This document shows, piece after piece, positions 1 to 9,289 of a stretch of 64,000 bases of DNA. Below the pieces are notes generated by a model. The model was not told the origin of the DNA and ran no database searches. It worked only from the letters and a program-made list of their open reading frames with translations. The position numbers and the translations under genes were made by a program. The first letter of the stretch is position 1. Each line of letters opens with the position of its first letter. The stretch spans positions 64,001 through 128,000 of the forward strand of contig CAZVGK010000001.1 of the NCBI GenBank assembly GCA_964626665.1. Reading direction: 5' to 3'. The DNA comes from an uncultured Gemmatimonadota bacterium. Its GTDB lineage: Bacteria; SM23-81; DAOVCL01.

Positions 1-113
1 GATTACTGATTCCTGTTTTAGTCCGTGTTAATCTGTGGTGAAATTTTTGTTGGCTCCATCCTTGAATTCAATTTCTCCCTTGCCATCCGTTATTTTCCCC
101 CTATATTTGCACT

Positions 114-512
114 ATGTTTTGGAAGATCCTCTTGGCCTTTACAATTATTCCCCTTCTGGAACTGGCTCTTCTTCTAAAGCTTGGGCGCTGGATCGGCGTA
201 GGGCCAACCATCTCCCTGGTGATCATCACCGCCCTCTTGGGAGCGGCTTTAGCCAAGAGCCAGGGTGTTGGAGTTATCAAGAGGATAAGAGGTCAGCTCT
301 CCCAGGGGAGCATCCCCACAGAGGGGCTACTGGATGGAGCCTTTGTCCTCTCCGGCGGGCTTCTCCTCTTAACCCCGGGCCTGCTTACCGACCTATTGGG
401 GTTCGTTTTCTTAATTCCTTTTACCAGATTGCCCATAAAGAAGTGGCTGAGAAAGAAATTGGAGAGGCTCATCCAAAAGAATGCTGTTCACACCAGTTAT
501 CACATAGACTGA
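114..512 (+). CDS. fxsA: FxsA family membrane protein
   Basis: IPLLELALL start and LLLTPGLLTDLLG motif typical of FxsA. Confidence 0.9.
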   Translation: MFWKILLAFTIIPLLELALLLKLGRWIGVGPTISLVIITALLGAALAKSQGVGVIKRIRGQLSQGSIPTEGLLDGAFVLSGGLLLLTPGLLTDLLGFVFLIPFTRLPIKKWLRKKLERLIQKNAVHTSYHID

Positions 513-533
513 CTTCCCTCTCAGAAGGTCTCC

Positions 534-1310
534 TTAATCCTTTTTAGCCCTGCTTGCTGGGGTCGGTTTCTTATCCCCCTCAATTTGCTGCAACCACTTC
601 AGAAAATCTTCACTACCAGCGTGCTCTATCAATTCGTGAATAGAAGCCTTCTTCAAAAAATAACGAAAGGCTGCGCTGTGCTTCCTATAACTACCTCTCT
701 TTGTGGCTTTGACGACCTCCCAAACTTCGGCAGGCCTGAGGGTGTAATCTGGAAACTGACCTGCCGCATATATAGCAAAACCTTCAAAAAACCAAAGAGG
801 TCCCATTTTCTCTTCATTGCCGTTTAGAATCCTGATATGAAGCCTATGAGCCATTTCATGGGTGATCAGCTTTTCAAAGGATTTATCCTCTATACCTTCT
901 GGATAAATTCGGCTATAAAGCTCAGGTGATACGGACAGAAACATCCTCTTTTCCAAACAAGCAGAGAATGCCTTGGGAAATTTAGTTGCTGGATTTTCAC
1001 CTGTGATTTTGATAACCGCCTGAATGAATTTGTTTTGCTTAGTATAGATTTCAGCCCGGTCAGCGAAACTCTCCTTCACAAGATTACCCCAGCCATTTTG
1101 TACGGCAAAATTCCGCAAACGCCTTTGCGCTGCCACTAATTCTTTTTCCAACCCATTCCTCTTTGGCTCAAGCGATTTGGGTAAAACAAGAGGGATTCTA
1201 TAAACACCTTCTTCAATCATTTTTAACTTTTCCATTTTGCAATCTTCCCCAATAATTACGAGAACAAATATTGTAGGGATTATCAGATATTTATTCGGCT
1301 TGATTTGCAC
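534..1310 (-). CDS. Hypothetical zinc metallopeptidase-like protein (gluzincin/peptidase MA-like)
   Basis: HEMAH (HExxH) followed by WFFEGFA; start may be 1235. Confidence 0.55.
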   Translation of the reverse strand: MQIKPNKYLIIPTIFVLVIIGEDCKMEKLKMIEEGVYRIPLVLPKSLEPKRNGLEKELVAAQRRLRNFAVQNGWGNLVKESFADRAEIYTKQNKFIQAVIKITGENPATKFPKAFSACLEKRMFLSVSPELYSRIYPEGIEDKSFEKLITHEMAHRLHIRILNGNEEKMGPLWFFEGFAIYAAGQFPDYTLRPAEVWEVVKATKRGSYRKHSAAFRYFLKKASIHELIEHAGSEDFLKWLQQIEGDKKPTPASRAKKD

Positions 1311-1350
1311 TTCTATAGTTAATGTCGCCCGTTATCTGCCCTCGCCAACT

Positions 1351-1593
1351 CTATGCCTTCCTATAAGCCTCCAAAAACTCATCTCTTGTAATTCCAGATT
1401 GGGTGCAGATTGTCCTTAATGTAGAGGCTTTTATCTTCGGCTGATTCGGCATAGTTAAAGGAGTTTTACTTCCGTCGGGGTTTTTACGTACCATGGAAAT
1501 GTGCTCTTTCTCCCTTACAGTTTGAAAGCCAAGAATCTCTAATGTCTTTACTACCTTTCGCTTGGGGGCATCAACAGGAAACTTTACCATCAA
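1351..1593 (-). CDS. hicA: HicA family toxin
   Basis: 80 aa, LGF..VREKEHISM, TLRTICTQSGI. Confidence 0.85.
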   Translation of the reverse strand: MMVKFPVDAPKRKVVKTLEILGFQTVREKEHISMVRKNPDGSKTPLTMPNQPKIKASTLRTICTQSGITRDEFLEAYRKA

Positions 1594-1814
1594 ACTTCTA
1601 CTCCTGTTTCAGCAACGAAGACCTCAATAATTCGTGGATCTACCTCTATTACTTCTTTTCCAAAGGTTTCAATATGAAAACGAATTGCTGACTTTACATC
1701 AGAAAGTGCCTCTTCATAGGTATCTCCCTGCCCCACCACAACCCCCTTGAGCCCCAGTGGATACGCTACATAACCATCAGGGTGTTTCTCCACAATGATT
1801 TTAAATTGTCTCAT
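1590..1814 (-). CDS. hicB: HicB family antitoxin (short)
   Basis: GVVVGQGDTYEEALSDVKSAI motif; overlaps hicA start. Confidence 0.85.
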   Translation of the reverse strand: MRQFKIIVEKHPDGYVAYPLGLKGVVVGQGDTYEEALSDVKSAIRFHIETFGKEVIEVDPRIIEVFVAETGVEV

Positions 1815-1839
1815 GAAAAATTCCTCCTTTTCAAGTAAT

Positions 1840-1902
1840 GGCAGCTAACGGAGCGGCGGGTAGGCGAAGTCTCGGCTTATCGGGATTTGAGCGGAGCGAT
1901 AG
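1840..1902 (-). other. attC-like integron cassette site remnant (3' half)
   Basis: Minus strand TCGCTCCGCTCAAATCC...GACTTCGCCTACCCGCCGCTCC-GTTAGCTGC; near-complement GCAGATAAC lies after hicA at 1331-1339. Confidence 0.5.
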
Positions 1903-1946
1903 AATGAATTTTGAAGGTCTGATTATCATATCCCTATTTTTTGTCC

Positions 1947-4085
1947 TCAGTAGGAGATTATCTCCAGGTCGGCATATTTGACCAGGATCTTCTTTAGTCT
2001 GTGACCAGGGAACATAACGGTCAACTTAAGGTTCTCACCTGAGCCTTCGCTCTCCATCACTACCCCTTCCCCCCAGGATGGGTGCCTGACCACGCTTCCC
2101 TTCTTCAAGGGCAGTGGGAAAAGGTCACTTTCCTCCCTGGTGGTTATTCCCCAACTGAAGCCCCTTTTCTCTAAAAGGTCTGCGGGGATCTCCTGCAGGA
2201 AGCGGGAGGGGGGACTGCCGTAGCTTCCCTCGTATCTCCTTCTTCTCTTGGCATAGCTAAGGATGACTTGGTCCTTGGCCCGGGTAAGGCCTACATAGAA
2301 GAGCCTTCTCTCCTCCTCCAGCCTCTCTGGACTACTTAGGGAATGGGTCACGGGAAGGAGCCCCTCCTCCAGCCCACAGATGAAGACCACTGGGAACTCC
2401 AATCCCTTAGCATTGTGCAGAGTCATCAAGGTGACCGCCTGAGATCTCCCGTTCCAACTGTCGATGTCCGTAATCAAGGAGACCTCCTCCAACCAGGCCT
2501 CCAGAGATGGCTTTGGGTTCCTTTCGGCATAGTCCTTGGCGGCGTTGAGAAGTTCCTTAATGTTCTCTGCCCTCCCCTGGGCCTCCAAGGTCCCCTGGGA
2601 CTCCAGCAGGGGAAGATAGCCTGTTTGGTTAATGGTTCTCTCTACCAGTTGGGGTAGAGGGATGGTTTTAGATATAGTCTGCAATTCGATTATCAGCTCC
2701 ACAAACCCCTTTACTACCCTGCGGTAGGAGGTTTGCAGCCCCTGCAGCTCATCAACCCTTTGCATAGCCTCGAAGAAAGGAAGGTTATGATCCCGGGCAT
2801 ACCTGGCGATCTTTAGTCTCGTTCCCTCTCCGATCCCCCTATGGGGGACATTGATTATTCTGAGCAGGCTAACCTCGTCCAGAGGGTTGGCGATAACCCT
2901 CAAATAGGCAAGGATATCCTTTACCTCCTTCCGCTCATAGAACCTTACCCCTCCCACGATGATATAGGGGATAGCCTCCCTTCTGAATTCTTCCTCTAAA
3001 ATCCTGGATTGGGCGTTTGTGCGGTAAAGGATGACGAAACTCCCATATTCCCTCCCTTCTTCCCTGTACAGATCCCCGATAACCTGCAGAATGGAGGCTG
3101 CCTCCTCCCTCTCATCCCCGCAACTAATGAGGGTAATCCTTTCCCCCCCTTCCCTTTCGGTCCAAAGTTCCTTCCCCTTGCGGCCTAAGTTATTTCCCAC
3201 CACAGAGCTTGCTGCCTGAAGGATCATCTGGGTGGAGCGGTAATTTCTCTCCAGCCTGACCACCTTGGCCTGCGGATAGTCCTCCTCAAACTCCAAGATG
3301 TTTCTTATGTCTGCCCCTCTCCATCCATAAATGGACTGATCATCATCCCCCACTACGCAGAGGTTGCCATGAGCTGAGGCTAAAAGGTTGAGCCACCTGT
3401 ATTGGGCGTGGTTGGTATCCTGGTATTCATCCACCAAGATATATCTGAATCTCTCCTGATAGTGGTGCAGGATATCGGGGAATGATGTAAAGAGTTCAAC
3501 GGTTTTCATTATCAGATCGGAGAAGTCCAAGGCACCAAAGTCACGCAGCCTCGTCTGATAATGTTCATAAACCTCAGCAACTACCCTTTCCATATAGTCC
3601 CTGCTCTCCTTTCCATACTCCTCTGCCCCGATGAGGTTATTTTTAGCCCATTCGATCCTGACCCTCACCGCAGATGGGGAGAACCTTAAAGCTGGGAGTT
3701 CCAACTCCTTCATTAGCCCTTTGATCAGGGAGAGTTGGTCATCATCGTCATAGATGGTAAACTGGGGGTTATAGCCCATTAGATCAATGTGCCGCCGCAA
3801 GATCCTGGCACAGGTGGAATGAATAGTGGCTACCCAAGGGCTTATAGCCCCTCGGGGAAGGAGTTGCCCAATCCTCTCCTTCATCTCGCGGGCTGCTTTG
3901 TTGGTGAAGGTAACCGCAAGTATATTTGTGGGATTGACCCCCTTGTGGCCTACAAGGTAGGCTACCCTGTAGGTGAGAACCCTTGTCTTCCCGCTTCCCG
4001 CTCCAGCCAATACCAGAAGGGGCCCTTCGGTATGTTCCAGCGCCTCCCTCTGGGCTGGGTTGAGGTTATCTAAAAGATTCTTCAT
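1947..4085 (-). CDS. pcrA: ATP-dependent DNA helicase PcrA/UvrD
   Basis: AGAGSGKT, DEYQD, HNAKGLEF motifs and C-terminal Tudor-like tail; start reset to ATG 4085. Confidence 0.97.
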   Translation of the reverse strand: MKNLLDNLNPAQREALEHTEGPLLVLAGAGSGKTRVLTYRVAYLVGHKGVNPTNILAVTFTNKAAREMKERIGQLLPRGAISPWVATIHSTCARILRRHIDLMGYNPQFTIYDDDDQLSLIKGLMKELELPALRFSPSAVRVRIEWAKNNLIGAEEYGKESRDYMERVVAEVYEHYQTRLRDFGALDFSDLIMKTVELFTSFPDILHHYQERFRYILVDEYQDTNHAQYRWLNLLASAHGNLCVVGDDDQSIYGWRGADIRNILEFEEDYPQAKVVRLERNYRSTQMILQAASSVVGNNLGRKGKELWTEREGGERITLISCGDEREEAASILQVIGDLYREEGREYGSFVILYRTNAQSRILEEEFRREAIPYIIVGGVRFYERKEVKDILAYLRVIANPLDEVSLLRIINVPHRGIGEGTRLKIARYARDHNLPFFEAMQRVDELQGLQTSYRRVVKGFVELIIELQTISKTIPLPQLVERTINQTGYLPLLESQGTLEAQGRAENIKELLNAAKDYAERNPKPSLEAWLEEVSLITDIDSWNGRSQAVTLMTLHNAKGLEFPVVFICGLEEGLLPVTHSLSSPERLEEERRLFYVGLTRAKDQVILSYAKRRRRYEGSYGSPPSRFLQEIPADLLEKRGFSWGITTREESDLFPLPLKKGSVVRHPSWGEGVVMESEGSGENLKLTVMFPGHRLKKILVKYADLEIISY

Positions 4086-4097
4086 AGTAGTTTTTGT

Positions 4098-4126
4098 AAA
4101 GTAGCAAAGCGATCTTCCCCTGTCAA
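4098..4126 (-). promoter_or_regulatory. sigma70-type promoter of pcrA
   Basis: TTGACA-17-TACTTT with TG extension, 12 nt upstream of the ATG. Confidence 0.55.
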
Positions 4127-4171
4127 GGTTAAAAGAGCCTATCCCCCTGTTACTGGGAGGACAAAAAGGTT

Positions 4172-4200
4172 TTGACAAGATAGAGATGTTTTCGTATATT
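4172..4200 (+). promoter_or_regulatory. sigma70-type promoter
   Basis: TTGACA-17-TATATT. Confidence 0.7.
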
Positions 4201-4342
4201 GGATGCGATTAGTTTGCCTTCCTTAGAGGGTTAAATCCTGCTTCTCCTGTAGAAAAAAATGTGGCAGGGAAGGTTTAGTAGAACTAAAGAAGACGCTTGA
4301 TAGCACAATTGCAGGGCCTCAATTTATCGAACCCGCAAAAGG

Positions 4343-4516
4343 ACGGGTCGGATGAATCCGACCCCTTCGGAAAGAGGCTATAGATGCGTAAAAAGGTGAG
4401 TGATAGAGAGGAGAAAAGCTTTGCAGCGGAATCTAACTCGATCTATACTATGAGTTGTAGGGACAAGGCTTCAGCCCTGTCCGAAGGGGCGGACAGACAT
4501 AAATGTCTGTCCCTAC
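4343..4516. repeat. REP-like palindrome cluster
   Basis: GGGTCGGATGAATCCGACCC; GTAGGGACAAGGCTTCAGCCCTGTCCGAA...GGACAGACATAAATGTCTGTCCCTAC; the GTAG unit recurs near 17134. Confidence 0.65.
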
Positions 4517-4549
4517 ACGAAATACAAACCAAAAAATGGAGGTGATGAG

Positions 4550-7500
4550 ATGAAAGCACGCATGTTTGTCTGCTTTGTGGCCCTGGTTTTGGTAGGCGTC
4601 GTTGCCATACCGGCTTTTGGCCAGAACCTATTTGTGAAAACCCTGGGGGGAGCCAGCATAGATTATGGGCACTCTGTGGTAGAGGTTTCTGATGGCTTGT
4701 CGTTGCCGGAGTCACTTACAGTTATGGCGCAGGTGATGAAGATCTCCTCCTGGCTAAGCTTGATGGTTCAGGCAATCACCTGTGGACAAAAACCCTGGGG
4801 GGAACCGGCCATGATAGGGGGATCTCTGTGGTAGAGGTTTCTGATGGGGGGCTTGTCGTTGCCGGAGTCACTTACAGTTATGGCGCAGGTGATGAAGATC
4901 TCCTCCTGGCTAAGCTTGATGGTTCAGGCAATCACCTGTGGACAAAAACCCTGGGGGGAACCGGCCATGATAGGGGGATCTCTGTGGTAGAGGTTTCTGA
5001 TGGGGGGCTTGTCGTTGCCGGAGTCACTTACAGTTATGGCGCAGGTGATGAAGATCTCCTCCTGGCTAAGCTTGATGGTTCAGGCAATCACCTGTGGACA
5101 AAAACCCTGGGGGGAACCGGCCATGATAGGGGGATCTCTGTGGTAGAGGTTTCTGATGGGGGGCTTGTCGTTGCCGGAGTCACTTACAGTTATGGCGCAG
5201 GTGATGAAGATCTCCTCCTGGCTAAGCTTGATGGTTCAGGCAATCACCTGTGGACAAAAACCCTGGGGGGAACCGGCCATGATAGGGGGATCTCTGTGGT
5301 AGAGGTTTCTGATGGGGGGCTTGTCGTTGCCGGAGTCACTTACAGTTATGGCGCAGGTGATGAAGATCTCCTCCTGGCTAAGCTTGATGGTTCAGGCAAT
5401 CACCTGTGGACAAAAACCCTGGGGGGAACCGGCCATGATAGGGGGATCTCTGTGGTAGAGGTTTCTGATGGGGGGCTTGTCGTTGCCGGAGTCACTTACA
5501 GTTATGGCGCAGGTGATGAAGATCTCCTCCTGGCTAAGCTTGATGGCTCAGGCAATCACCTGTGGACAAAAACCCTGGGGGGAACCAACTGGGATAGGGG
5601 GTACTCTGTGGTAGAGGTTTCTGATGGTGGGCTTGTGGTTGCCGGAGGCACTGAGAGTTACGGCGCAGGTTCTTGGGATCTCCTCCTGGCCAAGTTTGAT
5701 GCTGATGGCAATACCTGTATGGGGGAGTTTGTCACTCCCACCGTCCAGAGCGTCTCTCCTACCATAAACACCTGGGACCCCACAGTCAACACTTGGTCGC
5801 CGACCATTACCAGTCCTACTCCCACGATCACTTCTCCTGAGCCAACGCTAACAACCGTGTGCGAAGAATGTGGGGACCTTTACTTTCGGCCTAACTCCGA
5901 CGGTTGGGGATTTAAGAATAAAGCTGATAATATGTGGCCAAAGAGTTGGTGGCAACAGTTTAATTACTGCCAATCTCCATACCCATTCCTTTGGTGTTAC
6001 CTATGCAAATCTTCAGACTTTCCGGATTGGCCACTTTTCGTATCCGCATTTGGAGAGGATCAATGCTACTGGAATCCGCCGCCCGGTTCGGTGATCTATA
6101 AGCCATCGGCGGTGAGGAAATGGTTTGCAATCAAAGGAGGTTGGAACGGCTCTTGCTTTGGATTCGCCATATCGAGCTTTCTTTTCTTTGACAATTATCT
6201 GCACCTTTCCAGCGAATTCCCCGGCTATTTGCAGCTTTATTCAGTTCCGCTCGGCGATGAGAGCCGGTTGATGATAAACAAATACATGATCTATCAGGTC
6301 GGCAAAGCGCAACAAGAATATATAGATGCCAACTATAACACCACCACACCACACCAAACTCTCCAGGCCTGTAAGGATATGTTCAATTCCTCTTATCGCG
6401 ACGACAGGATACTTCTTATGCACAATAACCACGGTGGCGGTGGCCACACCGTCAATCCATACAGATGTGAAGTTAATCCCGAAAATCCTGAAAAAACGTA
6501 CATTTATGTGTGCGATAGCAATAACCCCGGAGAGGAGCGAAAGATTATCATCAATACTGCCACTAATATTTGGGCATACTCGGGAAAGCCCACATGGGGA
6601 GGGAAAAAGCACCTTTTTCTGAGTGATCCTATGAGCAATTACACCACAAACCCGATTCTACGCACTTCCATCCCTCCTCAGGATAGGTGGGCGAACGGAA
6701 AGGCTATGCTGAACTCTGAATATATTGAGTTTTACATCTCATTTACAGACACCGCTCTTTTCGAGTCTCCTGCTGGGAATATTGGCCATATCGGGGATTC
6801 TCTCTTCACTACACTTTCGGAAGGCCATCCAATCATATCTCTAACTGGAGAAGAGGTTTTGCCTATAGGGTACTACCTACCCAACGATACCTGGACTTGC
6901 CAGTTCTCAGACATAGCTGATTCGACATTCCGTCTGAGCCTATTTACTGATTCCACTGTAATTGTATACTCGCGGACAGAAGCCGATAGCACCCAAGGCG
7001 AGAGGCTTCGTTATCCCGGAAATGATAGCACGCTTTGGGTTGGTAATCCTGACCCTTACACGCGATCCTACGATCTTGAAGTTATTTCTGTTGCCCCTGA
7101 TTCGGAGATAGTTTGCGGCATACATAATATCTCTATTGACCAGAGTGATTCAGCTTGCTACTCAATCACTCCTGTATCGGGATTACAACTTGACAATTAT
7201 GGAGGACAAAAGACCTATGATTTGCAGGTTGAGATCGTAGGCGATAATGTTGACACGGTGTTTTTCCATGGTAATATAGCGCTAAGCGGAAGCACCGCAC
7301 ATCAAATTATCTCGGATTGGCGTCAAAATGGGGATACCCTTATGGTTTTAGTTGACGAGGGTATGGAGGGAGATTTTTCAGATACCATTCGCCTTGCAAA
7401 TGAATGGGTGCCTGTTGTCACTGGTGAGCCGAAGATATTGCCCACCGAATTCTCCCTCTCCCAAAACTACCCCAACCCGTTTAACTCCACTACTCTGATA

Positions 7501-7707
7501 AAATACAGTTTACCGAAGGATTGTCATGTGAACTTGGGGACTTACAACATCCTTGGCCAGAAGGTGGCAAGTTTGGTTGATGGAAAGCAGAGAGCCGGCT
7601 ACAAGATAGCCAGGTGGGATGCAAGTTCTTTCTCTAGCGGCATATATTTTTACAGGCTTCAGGCTGGGAATTTTGTGCAGACGAGGAAGATGGTGCTAAT
7701 CAGATAG
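4550..7707 (+). pseudogene. Frameshifted secreted protein: signal peptide, seven 52-aa beta-propeller repeats, Thr/Pro linker, papain-like domain, C-terminal YPNPFN sorting domain
   Basis: ORFs 4550-4834 and 4828-7707 join if the GG at 4694-4695 is restored to the GGGGGG seen in the later repeats. Confidence 0.8.
4634..5715 (+). repeat. Intragenic tandem repeat, 156-bp unit, 7 units
   Basis: GCCGGAG anchor at 4705, 4861, 5017, 5173, 5329, 5485 and 5641; middle units identical at DNA level. Confidence 0.97.
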
Positions 7708-7769
7708 AGACGAGAGATAGAAACGACCCCACCCTAAATCGTGCTAGTTGATCGGAGTTCGTGATCGGG

Positions 7770-8165
7770 GGTTTGTCAGGACGGGAGCCCTGACAGCATA
7801 AAAGAAATATTCTCCCCCCCTTGATGGGGGAGAACCAAAGAGAGGGTGAGGATTATCCCTCGATCCCCTCTCCCTCTAACTCTCACCCACCAGGAGAGAG
7901 GGAACCATAAGGACGCCATTCATCCCCGCTCATAGAAATAGGTTTTTTGTCTGATTTTCATAAATAGAAACCTCCCGCAGATTCGAAATCTGCGGGAGGT
8001 TTAATATTCTTGTGGCAGAGGAGAGATTGCTCGTTTTCTTCCGTCAGGGCGGGAGCCCTGACAACACGAGATAAATCCGCCCTCACCTAAAGAACCCCCC
8101 CTCTAACTCCCTCCCGCCAGGGAAGGGAGAATTACAATCGAGGTCTGAAGACCCCTCCCACAAGT
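7770..8165. repeat. Cluster of palindromic REP-like elements
   Basis: GTCAGG(A/G)CGGGAGCCCTGACA twice; AAACCTCCCGCAGATT-CGA-AATCTGCGGGAGGTTT at 7968-8002; two CCCTCTAACT...GAGGGA/AAGGGA hairpins. Confidence 0.75.
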
Positions 8166-8238
8166 CGATCAGACGGGTTTAAGATTCTAAAGAAAATTCG
8201 TTCGGTGTAATCTCAGCCACATTTTTTAAATTTTGGGG

Positions 8239-8267
8239 TTGCTTTTCTGCGGGAAAGTTGGTATAAT
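8239..8267 (+). promoter_or_regulatory. sigma70-type promoter of the yggT-divIVA operon
   Basis: TTGCTT-17-TATAAT with TG extension. Confidence 0.7.
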
Positions 8268-8312
8268 ATCCTCCTATGGGAAGTCAGAATAAAGGGGTGA
8301 GAAGCCACAGAT

Positions 8313-8609
8313 ATGTTTATTCTCTCTAATTTCCTGGGAGCGGTAGCCAGAATTTTAAATATCCTCCTCTCCCTCTATATGCTTTTGATTATCGGTCGAG
8401 CACTTATCTCCTGGGTTCATCCTGACCCTTATTCCCCTTTGGTGAGATTCCTGGTAGGGGCCACCGAACCCCTGCTTGCCCCCTTAAGGAGGCTTCTCCC
8501 CGGCTGGCGAATGGGGATAGATTTTTCTCCCCTTCTTGCCTTGTTGGTTATATATTTTCTCAAGATCTTCCTGGTGCAAAGCCTATTTGATTTAACCAGG
8601 AGGTTTTGA
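8313..8609 (+). CDS. yggT: YggT family membrane protein
   Basis: SWVHPDPYSP..TEPLLAPLR..IDFSP. Confidence 0.93.
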   Translation: MFILSNFLGAVARILNILLSLYMLLIIGRALISWVHPDPYSPLVRFLVGATEPLLAPLRRLLPGWRMGIDFSPLLALLVIYFLKIFLVQSLFDLTRRF

Positions 8610-8647
8610 AAGGGACGAGAATCCATTTTGCAGGGGAGGTGATAGGT

Positions 8648-9154
8648 TTGCAGATAACCCCCATAGAAATTAAGAAGCAAGAGTTCCACAAGGCCTTTCG
8701 GGGATATGATCCGGGAGAGGTAGAGGCATTCTTAGAGATGGTCGCGGAGGAGATGGAATCCTTAAATCGGGAGAACAGTGAGCTTAAGGAGAGGCTTACG
8801 GTCCAGAAATCGAAGTTAAAGGATTATGAGGAGATGAGGGAATCCTTACATAAGGCCCTGGTTACCACAGAGAAGGCGGCTGAGGAAAAGATAGAGAATG
8901 CGCAGAAGGAGGCCGGACTGATCCTTAACGATGCCCAACTTAAGGGGGAGAGACTCATCGAGGAGGCCCGGAGGAAAGTTCTAAAGTATGAGAGGGATAT
9001 TGCCGATTTAAATAACCTCAAGGCATCCCTCATTACCCGCCTTAAGGCCTTGCTCTCCGCTCAGGGGGAGATGCTTGAGGCCATAGAAAAGGAGGGGATA
9101 GAGAAGAGAGGGCCGGTTGCCGAGCCGCATTTGGAGGTTGGGGCAGGAACCTGA
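8648..9154 (+). CDS. divIVA: DivIVA domain protein
   Basis: ITPIEIKKQEFHKAFRGYDPGEVEAFL plus coiled coil; TTG start after GGAGGTGA. Confidence 0.93.
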   Translation: MQITPIEIKKQEFHKAFRGYDPGEVEAFLEMVAEEMESLNRENSELKERLTVQKSKLKDYEEMRESLHKALVTTEKAAEEKIENAQKEAGLILNDAQLKGERLIEEARRKVLKYERDIADLNNLKASLITRLKALLSAQGEMLEAIEKEGIEKRGPVAEPHLEVGAGT

Positions 9155-9289
9155 CCTTTCGAGCTCATAAATAGTAACCCATAGTGGAACTTTTTCGACA
9201 GGATGAAGAGGTTTTCGGAATTTATGTTTTATCCTGATCATTCTGTTGAAAGGGGAGATTCCCCTAGTTTTAAGTTCAAGGAGACAATT

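Noticed and set aside
4634-5715. CRISPR array or diversity-generating retroelement repeat
   Set aside because: Contiguous in-frame 156-bp units with no spacers; no cas or reverse transcriptase gene in the window.
9155-9289. Purine riboswitch upstream of the nucleoside phosphorylase
   Set aside because: A stem is present (TTTCGACAGGATGA/TCATTCTGTTGAAA) but the aptamer core is absent, and it resembles the GACAGGAT repeat near 16998.
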